DNA of 64,000 nucleotides from Bdellovibrionota bacterium (lineage in GTDB: Bacteria; Bdellovibrionota_B; Oligoflexia; Oligoflexales; JAWKNZ01), in contig JAWKNZ010000006.1 in the NCBI GenBank assembly GCA_041391425.1, positions 219,629 through 283,628 on the forward strand, read 5' to 3'. A model generated the notes under the pieces. That model had not been told where the DNA came from. It worked only from the letters and a program-made list of their open reading frames with translations, and did not search any database. A program made the position numbers and the translations under genes. Shown one piece after another: positions 9,935-20,435 of the stretch (its first letter is position 1; each line of letters starts with the position of its first letter).

Positions 9935-10438
9935 ATGACAAATAAACTCTCTAAAAGAACAAAATCCTACTTACTGCAATTATTGGCATTAGTTTTCGTT
10001 TGCTTATTTGCCCAAGCGTGCACCAAATGCTCTGAACAATCTTCATCATCTTCAAATAGTCAAAATACAGTCTCCGAACCTCAAAATAGCGACACTGACG
10101 AAAATACCTCAAGTAATGGACTTAAAATTGAAGATATAGTGGTAGGTACAGGAAAAACAGCCGAAGCTGGCAAAGAGGTGACCGTCCACTATACCGGAAC
10201 TTTAGAAGATGGGGAAAAATTTGATAGCTCTAGAGATAGAGATTCTCCTTTTACGTTTTTCCTTGGAGTTGGAAAGGTTATAGAAGGTTGGGATAAAGGG
10301 GTAGTAGGCATGAAAGTTGGAGGTAAACGCAAACTTATAATCCCTCCTGAAATGGCGTATAAAGAACGAGGAGTTCCTGGAGCAATCCCACCCAATGCAG
10401 TTCTTATTTTTGATGTAGAACTGTTGGGAGTTAAATAA
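9935..10438 (+). CDS. FKBP-type peptidyl-prolyl cis-trans isomerase (lipoprotein)
   Basis: Lipobox ...AQAC. The FKBP core is [16 protein letters not shown]...[28 protein letters not shown]...[14 protein letters not shown]. Confidence 0.85.
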   Translation: MTNKLSKRTKSYLLQLLALVFVCLFAQACTKCSEQSSSSSNSQNTVSEPQNSDTDENTSSNGLKIEDIVVGTGKTAEAGKEVTVHYTGTLEDGEKFDSSRDRDSPFTFFLGVGKVIEGWDKGVVGMKVGGKRKLIIPPEMAYKERGVPGAIPPNAVLIFDVELLGVK

Positions 10439-10587
10439 CCCAGTTCTGAATAAAGGTTAAAAATTTCTTTAAAATTAAATAATTATCTCACAATCTCAAG
10501 CCTGACCACTGCATGACGATAGGAACCTCAGTGAAGAAAGATAGGTCTTTAAACCGGCTAGAAATGGGAAGTTAAAAGCTTCCCTTA

Positions 10588-11475
10588 GTGAGGGATTGCA
10601 GCGTGGAGAAATTTGCAACACGTTATGTAGTGTTACTTGGAGCAACCTTGGCTATGTTCGCTAACTTTATAGCTTGTGGTGCACAAATGTATCGCATTAG
10701 CATGGAAGGTGACTTTGCGGACGAAAAAATCCCGCCCGAGGCAAAAGATAAAAAAGCACCGCAATTTGGTATTCATGCTCTTGAAGGATGGAAAGACCTA
10801 CCCATTAAATTTAGCTTAGGTAAAGAGATAACCCCGGTACAGAAAAAAGGGCTGCTAAAAGCCATGAAAACTTGGGAGACAGCGGTTGGGAAGCAGCTGT
10901 TTGAATTTGTTGGACAAGATGATCGAAATGGAGATTCTTTTGATGACCTCTATAGCTCTTTAAATGACTCTGTAAATGGCCATTATATGGATGACAACTG
11001 GAACAAAACAGGCAAACCTCAAGTGGTCTTAGCTACAACCATTTGGGATAATTATGATCAAGATACTATAGATACAGCTGATATTCGTTTTAATAGTAAC
11101 TACTATATGATTTTAGATAGTTTAGATGAAGAAGGAATCCACCTTACAAGTGTCAACAGCGATAAAGGCATTGTAGATATGCAGTCTCTCGCTTTACACG
11201 AATTAGGGCACCTTTTAGGACTGGCCCATGTATCGGATGAAGACGACTCCTATTCAATTATGAACCCCTCTCTTTATATAGGTCCTGGGCTAACCAGTCG
11301 AAAACTTTCTTATGGCGATATCAGTAGAATTCAAAAAATATATGGCTGCGAGGGTGAAACCTGCGACGTTGCACAGCTTCATCTCTCCATGGAACAAAAT
11401 GAAGACCTACCCCCCGCTAAAGATGCTCATGCCAATGAAGAAAGTGACGACAATCAAGAAGAAATTGGCTCTTGA
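10588..11475 (+). CDS. matrixin-like (M10-type) zinc metalloprotease, lipoprotein
   Basis: HELGHLLGLAHV is an extended HEXXHXXGXXH motif, followed by a downstream SIMNP Met-turn. Lipobox FIACG. Confidence 0.7.
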   Translation: MRDCSVEKFATRYVVLLGATLAMFANFIACGAQMYRISMEGDFADEKIPPEAKDKKAPQFGIHALEGWKDLPIKFSLGKEITPVQKKGLLKAMKTWETAVGKQLFEFVGQDDRNGDSFDDLYSSLNDSVNGHYMDDNWNKTGKPQVVLATTIWDNYDQDTIDTADIRFNSNYYMILDSLDEEGIHLTSVNSDKGIVDMQSLALHELGHLLGLAHVSDEDDSYSIMNPSLYIGPGLTSRKLSYGDISRIQKIYGCEGETCDVAQLHLSMEQNEDLPPAKDAHANEESDDNQEEIGS

Positions 11476-11481
11476 TCCATC

Positions 11482-11601
11482 GTAACTATTCAGCGTATTT
11501 TTTTATCTGATCGATTCAAAGCCTTGACCGCCCTTCATCCATATGAGGATGACGGTGTATCAAGCGACATATTGAAGGGAAAAGATACGCTGAATAGTTA
11601 C
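11482..11601. mobile_element. MITE family C, copy C1 (120 bp)
   Basis: 17-bp terminal inverted repeats GTAACTATTCAGCGTAT. A perfect 8-bp target-site duplication GATCCATC sits at 11474-11481 and 11602-11609. Confidence 0.85.
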
Positions 11602-11641
11602 GATCCATCAAAATAAATCATATATTCACAAAATAATCTTT

Positions 11642-14296
11642 TTATCCTAGCGCCTCTAAGCTCCGCTGTAGATTCTCTAATTGAGCTTGCATATTAGCAA
11701 GTTGCTCCTTTGTTTGCTTGACCACCTCAGTGGGTGCTCTCTCTACAAAATTTTTATTAGAGATCTTGCTCGTAAGGCCAATGACTATTTTTTCCACTCT
11801 CTTAATCTCATTCTCAAGGCGCACCCGCTCTTTTGCAAAGTCAAGATACTGACCAACCGGTACAAAAGCTTGGTATCCTTTGCCAACAAAAACAAGGCAT
11901 CGCTGCGGACGTGGCACTTGTGAGCCTGCGCTTAAAGTGGAAACACCAGCGAGTTTTTTTACCCAACGATCTGATGTTTGCAAAAGTGAAGCAAAGCCAT
12001 CTCCACATTCGACATAAACTTCAACTCGATCTTTAAGAGGAACACCAGCTTGATTTCTCACTGACCGTATGCCTGTAATAAATTCCATCACAGAACGCCA
12101 CTCTTGCGCCTCTTGTTTAAATTTTGGAACCTGCAATAAACTAGGGAACTTAGCGATTACTAAACTTTCGGGCTTATCCAATAAAGGATGCTTAGGCATA
12201 GCTTGCCAAAGTTCTTCAGTTACAAAAGGCATAATTGGAGCGCAAAGCCTTAGGATTCCATCAAATACATAACAAAGCACAGAAACAGCTATCTGTCTTT
12301 GATGCTCATCATCTCCATCAATAGCATCTTTAGAACATTCTAAGCCCCAATCACAAAAATGACGCCAAGCTAATTGAAAAACGACCTCAACGGCTTCATT
12401 TATGGCATACCGTTCAAGTAGCGTATCGACTTCAACTGCACACTCTTCCAATTCAGTCAAAAGCCATTTTTGAGTTAAATTTAAATCAGATGCTGTAAAA
12501 GCTAGTAAACCTTTTTTTGCATCAATTTTAGAATAAAGAAATCTACCAGCATTCCATAGCTTATTAACAAACCTGCTACCATTTTCGAAATCCGTCTCAC
12601 TCATTTTAACTCGACCACCAATCGGTGCTTGGTTTACGCAGGTATACCGCATCGCATCAGCACCACGTTGGTCAATAATCTTAAGTGGATCAATTCCATT
12701 GCCGAGGGTTTTTGAAAATTTACGTCCATCTTTGTCACAAATGATTGAATTAAAATAAACATCTTTAAATGGGATTTCTTTTTTCGTCCATAACCCCACC
12801 ATAACCATCCGAGCAACCCATAAAAAGATAATGTCAGCACCGGTTACAAGGACATTGGATGGATAAAAATACTTCAAATCTTCTGTTTCATCAGGCCATC
12901 CAAAAGGACTCAATGGCCACAGCCAGCTAGAAAACCAGGTATCTAAAACATCCTCGTCTTGACTTATTTTTACACTGCCACAATGCTGACAAGCCTCTGG
13001 ATCTTCTAGTCCAGTCGACGTCTCACTACACTCAGAGCAGTGCCATATAGGAATTCTATGCCCCCACCACAACTGACGAGAAATACACCAATCTTGTATG
13101 TTTTCTAGCCAATGAAAATAAACTTTTTTATATGAATCGGGATAAAAGCAAAGTTTTTCATCCTTGGCAGCATCGATAGCAGGCTTGGCTAATGCCTTCA
13201 TATTAACAAACCACTGCTTCGACAGCATTGGCTCAATCGGCACTTTACCCCTTTCAGAATAAGGTACTGCATGCCTTGTAGACTCCTGTTTTTCGAATAA
13301 ATCCATATCTTTTAAAGCGCGGATAATTGCCTTTCGCGCTTCAAATCGATCCATTCCACAAAAAGGGGCGGGGGTATTTTCATTTAATGTAGCATCTACA
13401 TTCATAATATTGATAAACGGCAGAGCGTGGCGTTTGCCAATTTCAAAGTCGTTAGGGTCATGAGCAGGTGTTATCTTAACACAGCCTGTCCCGTATTCAC
13501 TTTTGACATATTCGTCAGCAATAATAGGAATCTCTCTGTTCGCAAATGGTACGATCGCGGTTTGGCCAATTAAATGTTGGTATCTATCATCATTTGGATT
13601 CACGGCAACAGCAGTATCACCGAGCATAGTTTCCGGACGCGTTGTTGCGATTTGAACATACTGTCCTTCCATGCCCTTAATTGGATACCGGTAATACCAG
13701 AGGCTTCCATCCACCTCCTTTGACTCCAGTTCATCATCAGAAATTGCCGTTTTAAGCGCCGGGCACCAATTAACAAGCCTTTCACCACGATAGATCAGGC
13801 CCGCGTCATATAAATCAACGAATATTTTTCGCACTGCTCGCGATAAGCTGTCGCTCATCGTATAAGCTTCACGGGACCAATCACAAGAAGCGCCTATACG
13901 TTTAAGCTGTTCAACAATAATTCCACCATTTTCGTTTCGCCACTCTACGCACTTTTGAAAAAAGTTTTCTCGCCCAACTTGTTTACGAGACGTTCCTTGT
14001 TTCTCGAGAGACTTTTCAACCATCATCTGAGTCGCAATACCAGCATGGTCTGTTCCTGGCAGCCAACAGCAATTATAGCCATGCATCCGCTTCCAACGAA
14101 TAAGAATGTCCTGGATTGTATTATTCAAGCCGTGGCCCATATGCAGTCTATCAGTTACATTAGGAGGGGGGATAATAATCGTGTATGGTTTTTTATTCGA
14201 ATCAGGCTCAGCATGAAACCATCCACCTTTTTCCCAAAAGTCCCACCATTTCTGTTCGTATTTTTTGTGATCATAAACTGCATTAATTTCTGGCAT
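11642..14296 (-). CDS. valS: valine--tRNA ligase
   Basis: 884 aa, with PPPNVTDRLHMGHG (HIGH) and KFSKTLGN (KMSKS) motifs and a C-terminal coiled coil. Confidence 0.95.
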   Translation of the reverse strand: MPEINAVYDHKKYEQKWWDFWEKGGWFHAEPDSNKKPYTIIIPPPNVTDRLHMGHGLNNTIQDILIRWKRMHGYNCCWLPGTDHAGIATQMMVEKSLEKQGTSRKQVGRENFFQKCVEWRNENGGIIVEQLKRIGASCDWSREAYTMSDSLSRAVRKIFVDLYDAGLIYRGERLVNWCPALKTAISDDELESKEVDGSLWYYRYPIKGMEGQYVQIATTRPETMLGDTAVAVNPNDDRYQHLIGQTAIVPFANREIPIIADEYVKSEYGTGCVKITPAHDPNDFEIGKRHALPFINIMNVDATLNENTPAPFCGMDRFEARKAIIRALKDMDLFEKQESTRHAVPYSERGKVPIEPMLSKQWFVNMKALAKPAIDAAKDEKLCFYPDSYKKVYFHWLENIQDWCISRQLWWGHRIPIWHCSECSETSTGLEDPEACQHCGSVKISQDEDVLDTWFSSWLWPLSPFGWPDETEDLKYFYPSNVLVTGADIIFLWVARMVMVGLWTKKEIPFKDVYFNSIICDKDGRKFSKTLGNGIDPLKIIDQRGADAMRYTCVNQAPIGGRVKMSETDFENGSRFVNKLWNAGRFLYSKIDAKKGLLAFTASDLNLTQKWLLTELEECAVEVDTLLERYAINEAVEVVFQLAWRHFCDWGLECSKDAIDGDDEHQRQIAVSVLCYVFDGILRLCAPIMPFVTEELWQAMPKHPLLDKPESLVIAKFPSLLQVPKFKQEAQEWRSVMEFITGIRSVRNQAGVPLKDRVEVYVECGDGFASLLQTSDRWVKKLAGVSTLSAGSQVPRPQRCLVFVGKGYQAFVPVGQYLDFAKERVRLENEIKRVEKIVIGLTSKISNKNFVERAPTEVVKQTKEQLANMQAQLENLQRSLEALG

Positions 14297-14353
14297 TATA
14301 CTTTGATCCTATTTCTATGTTTTCTGTCAAAATGAATGAATCTACGAACTAAT

Positions 14354-15631
14354 TTATACGCATGTGGAAAGAACCTCATGAATTTTTGATACCGCTTCTC
14401 GTAGATGGTCTCGACTTATATTCAACGGAGGTGTTAGCGAAAGACACTCTCCCTGCACCCCAGCAGGTATTGCAATCACTCCTTTTTCTCTAAGCTTACT
14501 CATAACAAGAGCAGCTAGATTTTTCACATTAAACTCGATGGCATTCATCATACCACTGCCTCGGATTTTTTCGACACGCGAATCTGAATTTAATGCCTCA
14601 GATAGCAAGTCTCGCAAAAAAATCCCATTTTCAACTGACTTTTCAATCACTTTTTCTCTCAACAACAAAGAAATCGTCAGCCTGCCTACCTTACACGCAA
14701 GAGGATGGCCAAAAAATGTCCCTGTATGGATTGCCTCTCCTTTACTTTCGGGCCAATAATCCATTACCGCCTGAGTCCCAATGCAGGCAGATAATGGCAT
14801 ACCTCCACCGATTGCTTTTCCTAAGCAAAGTAGATCACATGGCACATCATGAGCAAAGGTAAGCTTACCGCTACGACCTAGACCCGTATAAACTTCATCA
14901 AAAATTAACAGCATGCCTTTTTTGGTAGCTAAGGCGTATAATTCCTCTAACCATCCGCTAGGAGGCAAATGAACCCCTCCACGACCCTGGATAGGCTCTG
15001 CGATTATTGCAGCTGTCTTTATTCCCTGACGTGCTTGCATATCTATAGCTTGTTCAATAGCCTGAGATTGGCAACCAAAGTCAACATGCGCCACTTTTTC
15101 TGACACTAACCACTTGGAAAAAGGCATTGTAAATTCTGGTCGATCATTGAGAGACAAGGCTCCGAAATCTAATCCATGGTATCCATTCTTGATGGCAATA
15201 ATACCGTCGCCTTTCGTCGCTAGTAAAGCTGTCTTAATTGCAATCTCTACAGCCTGGCTTCCCGTCACTGCCAATGAAGCTTTATTTAATTCTCTAGGTA
15301 AGAGTTTTAATAAAATGCGCAAGAATTCCACTTTTTCAACGCTAGGATGAACATCGCCTAAACCCTGCATCACAGGTGGTTTTAAAAACAATAAATCATT
15401 TGCAACAACCGAAACAACCTCAGGATGATTGTGCCCTAGAGGCAAAGAGCCAAAACCAGCACACAGATCAAGATAGCTGCGCCCCTCAACGTCCCATATA
15501 GTAGAGCCAAGAGCCTTATCCATCACTAGGGGGGGCTCTTGGCCGTGTTCGGTTGCATCACGGCATTCTAGTTTTTCTAGTTCATTAAGATACTGACGAT
15601 TCAACCCAATATTAGGGCTATCCATTTCCAT
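14354..15631 (-). CDS. class-III PLP-dependent aminotransferase (acetylornithine/GABA-AT family)
   Basis: Motifs IAEPIQGRGGV, FDEVYTGLGRSG and the LGKAIGGG Lys site. The start was moved to the ATG at 15629-15631, which overlaps the queE stop (TAATG). Confidence 0.8.
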   Translation of the reverse strand: MEMDSPNIGLNRQYLNELEKLECRDATEHGQEPPLVMDKALGSTIWDVEGRSYLDLCAGFGSLPLGHNHPEVVSVVANDLLFLKPPVMQGLGDVHPSVEKVEFLRILLKLLPRELNKASLAVTGSQAVEIAIKTALLATKGDGIIAIKNGYHGLDFGALSLNDRPEFTMPFSKWLVSEKVAHVDFGCQSQAIEQAIDMQARQGIKTAAIIAEPIQGRGGVHLPPSGWLEELYALATKKGMLLIFDEVYTGLGRSGKLTFAHDVPCDLLCLGKAIGGGMPLSACIGTQAVMDYWPESKGEAIHTGTFFGHPLACKVGRLTISLLLREKVIEKSVENGIFLRDLLSEALNSDSRVEKIRGSGMMNAIEFNVKNLAALVMSKLREKGVIAIPAGVQGECLSLTPPLNISRDHLREAVSKIHEVLSTCV

Positions 15632-16278
15632 TACACACCTTTGACTCTCGGTCCCCAAATATATTTATGCAATTGCAAATTTAAACGGCAGTCTATCCCA
15701 GAATCTAGCACCCATGCACTCAGATCCTTTTCTTTAACCAACCCCCAAGCTGGAGAAAAAAGCAATTTAAAGCGCTTCTCTAAATTAAATTCGTGAACAA
15801 CATTAAGTGCCCATTCAAAATCCGCATAGGAAGCGATAACAAACTTGATTTCATCACTTGCTTTCAAATAGTCTAAATTTGGCCAAAGATTTCTTGAATC
15901 CATGCCACTTCCTGGACACTTAATATCCATAATAATATGAGCCTCTTGTGGAACAGCATCGATCGCGACAGCGCCACTAGTTTCCAGTAAAACCTGATAA
16001 CCTTTTTCAACAAACATCTTCATCAAGGCTGGGACTCCACTTTGCCCCAGAGGCTCCCCTCCTGTAAATTCAACAATCTTGGGAGAAAGTTCATTCACTT
16101 TACCCAAAATATCATCCGCACTCATCAATGTGCCATTTTCAAAACCATAAGCAGTATCACACCAATTGCAGCGTAGAGGACAACCTGTAAGTCTAATAAA
16201 TGTACAGGGGAGGCCAGCAAATGAAGACTCTCCTTGTATGCTGGCAAATATCTCGGTAATTGTAAAACTCAGTGTCAT
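15631..16278 (-). CDS. queE: 7-carboxy-7-deazaguanine synthase (radical SAM)
   Basis: IFASIQGES...FIRLTGCPLRCNWCDT is the QueE-type CX14CX2C cluster. 215 aa. Confidence 0.85.
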   Translation of the reverse strand: MTLSFTITEIFASIQGESSFAGLPCTFIRLTGCPLRCNWCDTAYGFENGTLMSADDILGKVNELSPKIVEFTGGEPLGQSGVPALMKMFVEKGYQVLLETSGAVAIDAVPQEAHIIMDIKCPGSGMDSRNLWPNLDYLKASDEIKFVIASYADFEWALNVVHEFNLEKRFKLLFSPAWGLVKEKDLSAWVLDSGIDCRLNLQLHKYIWGPRVKGV

Positions 16279-16411
16279 AAATATAAATTCCGCGTTCGAA
16301 TTAAAAGTTGTTTGACTGACCGGATATCAGGGCACAAAAGAATGCGGCACAAAGATCGCGCAAATCAGACAACTTCCTACACTAATAATAGTTTAAGGAT
16401 CTAGATCAATT

Positions 16412-17470
16412 ATGGATAATAAGCATAAACCTCTGTCTGCCCTCCACGCTATTGGTGGGGGCTATAATATGCTAAAGGGCCAAACGAAAAGATGCCTCAC
16501 CGTTGCCGTCTTTACCATGCTTTTACCGCAACTTGTATGTGAAATTTTATTTTCTTATAAAGCCAACAATATAGTGGAATCCCTTGAACATTTGCGGAGC
16601 TTACCAACGCTAAATAATGGGATTTATGGGATGCTAACCCCACTAGTGCATTTTTTTCCTAACTACTTGTTTTTTCATTTAATAATATCCTTTTTATTCG
16701 TTTTAGGATATTTCGCAATCTTTGAAATTATAGTGAAGGGAGGCTTTCAGCTAAATTCAAGATTAGACACACCTTTTAAAAAGCAGCCTGAAATACAAAA
16801 TATTAATGGACAAAGGGAAAAAATTTTAGAGCTATATAAGCAAAATCAGGACACATTTTCTACGGATTGCGATAATGAGGGCGCCGAACGCAAAGTTACT
16901 AGTCATGACCACAAACAAGGCATTTGGGCCACCATAAAACCTATATTTGCTAATGCGTTTAAAAAAAGTCTCCCACACGGATTAATTTTTGCGTTACTCG
17001 CAGCCCTTGTCTTTGCTCTTGCACAAACAAGCTTTCCATTTTTAATTTTTGTGGTAGTTCTAACTTTAATGGGGCCGGTTTTAATCCGCTTTGAAAAACA
17101 AAAAGGATTTGAAGCCTTTCGAAGTGCGATTTTTCTTAAGTACTTAAATAAACAATCTAAAATTAGTAAATTGTCAGTATTTTTTGTCCTGACAAGCGTA
17201 GCTGCATTTTTTTATTTGGCATTATATGTAATTCAGTTTTTAAAGAAATTTCTGCTAGAGTTTGATCAAATCTTTTCTATTTCTAGATCATTATGGTCCA
17301 CACCTATCTCCCATTTACCTTTCAGTCTTCCTTATATTATGACTGAGACATTAACCACATTACTCTCTGCACTTTTAGTTTGTTTCCTTCCTGCTGTAAC
17401 AACACATCTATATCTACAAATCTATAACCATGCCTCCATTAGTAGATCTGTTGATCAAGTGGGAGAATAA
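16412..17470 (+). CDS. hypothetical polytopic membrane protein
   Basis: Several long hydrophobic segments. No family recognised. Confidence 0.5.
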   Translation: MDNKHKPLSALHAIGGGYNMLKGQTKRCLTVAVFTMLLPQLVCEILFSYKANNIVESLEHLRSLPTLNNGIYGMLTPLVHFFPNYLFFHLIISFLFVLGYFAIFEIIVKGGFQLNSRLDTPFKKQPEIQNINGQREKILELYKQNQDTFSTDCDNEGAERKVTSHDHKQGIWATIKPIFANAFKKSLPHGLIFALLAALVFALAQTSFPFLIFVVVLTLMGPVLIRFEKQKGFEAFRSAIFLKYLNKQSKISKLSVFFVLTSVAAFFYLALYVIQFLKKFLLEFDQIFSISRSLWSTPISHLPFSLPYIMTETLTTLLSALLVCFLPAVTTHLYLQIYNHASISRSVDQVGE

Positions 17471-18185
17471 AAATTACATGTGGATTGATGACCAAATTTT
17501 AGAACGAAGCGCTGAAAATTATGCTCTAAGAATCTGGAGGCCAGAAAATTCTGTTGTGATATTGGGTAGTGGCAACAAAGCTGACCTCGAATGCAACCTC
17601 AATCATTGCCAAAAAGATCAAATAGAAATTCTTAAGCGTTATGGGGGGGGAGGCACTGTTTTGTTACATAGCGGTTGTGCGATTATCAGCTTTGGCTGCT
17701 GGGTTCGATATCATTATAAAAATGATCTTTATTTTGACAAAATGAACTCCGCTGTTATCAACTGCCTGCAAAGCAGATGGCCTAGTTTAAGGCATTTAAC
17801 ACAAGAAGGTATAAGCGATATCGCCTACAATCATCAAAAGATATGTGGCACTTCGCTTTTTCGGAGTCGTAACTATTTATTGTATCAAGCTTCGATCCTG
17901 GTTGAAGATAGAATTGATTTCATCAATAGATATCTGTCACATCCAACAAAAGAACCTGAATATAGGCAAGGTAAATCCCATTCTGAATTCTTAACAAATC
18001 TACAGAAAATCGACAACAGTATCACAATTTCAGATACTGTAATTCAGCTAGAATCATCACTTATTTCAGAAATCTTTTCAGCCTTAGACGGTGAGCTCAT
18101 CGAATCACAATCAATGCAAGTGCCTCATATTTTAAATAAGATACACAGACACAAAAATAACACACAAACGAATAAAACTACATAA
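17430..18185 (+). CDS. biotin/lipoate A/B protein ligase family protein (LplA/LipM-like)
   Basis: Motifs LKRYGGGGTVLLHSG and KICGTS (candidate catalytic Lys). The start is uncertain, with an alternative ATG at 17478. Confidence 0.6.
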   Translation: MPPLVDLLIKWENKNYMWIDDQILERSAENYALRIWRPENSVVILGSGNKADLECNLNHCQKDQIEILKRYGGGGTVLLHSGCAIISFGCWVRYHYKNDLYFDKMNSAVINCLQSRWPSLRHLTQEGISDIAYNHQKICGTSLFRSRNYLLYQASILVEDRIDFINRYLSHPTKEPEYRQGKSHSEFLTNLQKIDNSITISDTVIQLESSLISEIFSALDGELIESQSMQVPHILNKIHRHKNNTQTNKTT

Positions 18186-18204
18186 AATCAACTGTGCATT
18201 TAAA

Positions 18205-18544
18205 CCCGGATCCGAATTTCTAGCCGGTTGCGTCGTTGCTTCGTCGTCAGGAAATCCTCATGTACCAACATGTATACTGCGGTTTCCCACCTCCTCGCGC
18301 CTAACCCGACCAAACTTCGAATCCATTGAAAATACTAGGGCGTGTTGACGTTTCATTTCCTACTACGAGCCAAACCCTTGAGTCACAACGTTGTCAGGGT
18401 TTCAAAAATTATCCTCAATATACATCTAGTACACCTCCGGTAATTTTTGAAACCCTTCCTAGCTGCGACTTTCAAGTATTTGTCTCTCGCTACGAAAATG
18501 AAACGTCAACACGCCCTACAGTTTTTCAAAAAATTTCAGATCCC
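18205..18544. mobile_element. MITE family A, copy A2, interrupted by MITE B1
   Basis: Collinear with A3 and the reverse complement of A1, except for a 179-bp insert at the TA of ...GAAAATAC-TA-CAGTTTTT... Confidence 0.85.
18338..18516. mobile_element. MITE family B, copy B1 (179 bp), nested in A2
   Basis: 21-bp perfect TIR GGGCGTGTTGACGTTTCATTT. TA is present on both sides (18336-18337 and 18517-18518), while uninterrupted A copies have a single TA at this position. Confidence 0.9.
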
Positions 18545-18935
18545 AGTTATATCTTTAATTAGGAAGGCTTTGTTTGATAGGTTCTGCCTTTAGGTTTAGT
18601 TTTGCACTCTGCAAATATTCAATAATTTCATTGTCTTGTGGTTTTTCTGAATTTCCAGATTACAGATCTCGGTTTGTCTTGAATCTGCAATATCTACAGC
18701 CAAAGCTGTTTGTTTCTTAGTATCGACAATTATTTCCAGTTTTAAATTTTGAGTGCTATCATGGCCGTGTTTTCTGGCCCGGTACTTGAGCTTTTAACTT
18801 GCTTGCGATCTACTAGGGCGGATAGTAAAAAAGCATTAGAGTTATGGCTGGTAGTGAGTATTAAAATGCGAAAGTTGTATATGATGGTGTTTTTAGCTCT
18901 CAGGAGCTTTTTGTGTCTATGAAGAGAGGGATGTT

Positions 18936-19307
18936 GTGGTTACTTTGGAAATAAAGGATTTTCCTGTTTATGTAAAAATTGGAGTTTTTCCAGAGGAGAG
19001 GTTAGGTGGACAAGATCTAAATTTGTGCCTACGAGCCGAACTAGATTATGATGTTTGGGATTTGTCGGATGATTGTCCTTTGCCAGATGTGGTTGATTAT
19101 TCTCAAGTGATAGCGAGTATTGAAAAAAGCCTAGCTGGCCAAAATATAGAGCTATTAGAAGTCGCTGTAAAAATTGTAGGTAATATGCTCATGGATAAGT
19201 TTTCTCGAATTTGTAGTTTGAATATTAAGCTTGAAAAGCCTGTAATTCCTAATGGCCTTTCAAAAGGGGCTGCTATTAGTATTTCACAGAATTTTGTCAG
19301 GGGTTAA
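18936..19307 (+). CDS. folB: dihydroneopterin aldolase family protein
   Basis: 123 aa. The FolB-like start is ...IKIGVFPEERLGGQDLNLCL..., with DYSQV. GTG start after a GAGAGGGA SD. Confidence 0.7.
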   Translation: MVTLEIKDFPVYVKIGVFPEERLGGQDLNLCLRAELDYDVWDLSDDCPLPDVVDYSQVIASIEKSLAGQNIELLEVAVKIVGNMLMDKFSRICSLNIKLEKPVIPNGLSKGAAISISQNFVRG

Positions 19308-19315
19308 GTCTAAAA

Positions 19316-20401
19316 ATGTTAGTCATCACACTTGGAGATCCTCATAGTATCAATATTGAAAAGATAGTTCAGTTATTGCCAGTTTTGAACCCCTTGCAGG
19401 ATCATTTTTCGACTATACTCGTTGGAAGTTATTGGCATTGGCAAGATCAACTTGAGCGTCTTGGCCATTTACAGAACCAAAGTGTTAAGTTGTCTCGCAT
19501 CTCTTCTATTGACGATATAGCCGTAGTTACTGAAGAATCCTTGGTCTATTTTTTTGATATTGGCGGAGAAGAGGCTCCAGCCGAGCTGTTGGCTCCTTTA
19601 CAAAGAGGGCTGATTGCTTGTAAAGCATTAATGATGTCAGTTGAGATTAGTAAATTTTTGGAGAAAAATTTTGCTGAACATGCGCGACGCTTAGCGGTTT
19701 TGACAGCGCCTATAGATAAGTTTGCTTGTTCTAAAGCTGGATTTGATTTTCCTGGCCAAACAGAATTTTTTGAAAAAACTTGGCATCAAGAAGGAATTAT
19801 GTTGCTGGCAGGTGATAAACTTAAGGTTGGATTGCTAACAAATCATATTCCTGTTAGTGCGGTCGAGTCGATGGTAAATGAACAGCTTATTCATGATAAA
19901 TTACGAGCTTTGGAACATTCACTATTGGATATTTTTAACATATCGCTACCGAAGATCGCAGTCTGTGGTCTTAATCCTCACTGCGGAGATGGGGGATTAT
20001 TTGGTGACTTTGACCAAAAAATCACTGAGAAAAGTCTGTTGAGTTACCAAGGTCATAGCAAAGTTAGTGGTCCATATTCGGCCGATACCGTATTTTGGCA
20101 GGCTATGGGTGGCAGCTTTGATGCTGTTTTAGCTATGTATCACGATCAAGGCCTTCCCGCCTTAAAAACATTATGCTTTGATACGGCTGTGAATATTACA
20201 GGGGGGCTTGAACACTTGCGAATATCTCCAGACCATGGTCCGGCAAAAGATCATTTTTTATTGAAAACGGCTTCGATCTCGAGCTTTGAACGAGCACTCG
20301 ATATTGCTTTAGGTTATATCCGTACAAGAGCAATACACAAGGAGTATGGAAAAAATGAAAAGGTGGGGCAGCATCTAGCATACAATGAGATTGACGTTTA
20401 A
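19316..20401 (+). CDS. pdxA: 4-hydroxythreonine-4-phosphate dehydrogenase
   Basis: Motifs TLGDPHSIN, GLNPHCGDGGLFG, MYHDQGL and TSPDHG-like (ISPDHG). Confidence 0.9.
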   Translation: MLVITLGDPHSINIEKIVQLLPVLNPLQDHFSTILVGSYWHWQDQLERLGHLQNQSVKLSRISSIDDIAVVTEESLVYFFDIGGEEAPAELLAPLQRGLIACKALMMSVEISKFLEKNFAEHARRLAVLTAPIDKFACSKAGFDFPGQTEFFEKTWHQEGIMLLAGDKLKVGLLTNHIPVSAVESMVNEQLIHDKLRALEHSLLDIFNISLPKIAVCGLNPHCGDGGLFGDFDQKITEKSLLSYQGHSKVSGPYSADTVFWQAMGGSFDAVLAMYHDQGLPALKTLCFDTAVNITGGLEHLRISPDHGPAKDHFLLKTASISSFERALDIALGYIRTRAIHKEYGKNEKVGQHLAYNEIDV

Positions 20402-20435
20402 TATAGGCTGATAACTCGGCAAAGGCAGCAAGGTA

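Noticed and set aside
16279-16411. preQ1 riboswitch upstream of queE
   Set aside because: No preQ1-I/II consensus is visible in the minus-strand leader, such as a short hairpin followed by an A-rich tail containing CTA.
18326-18562. 78-aa ORF on the plus strand
   Set aside because: It lies entirely within MITE B1 and the right arm of MITE A2. The same repeat elsewhere does not maintain the frame (B2 has a 1-nt indel). It is treated as a repeat artefact.
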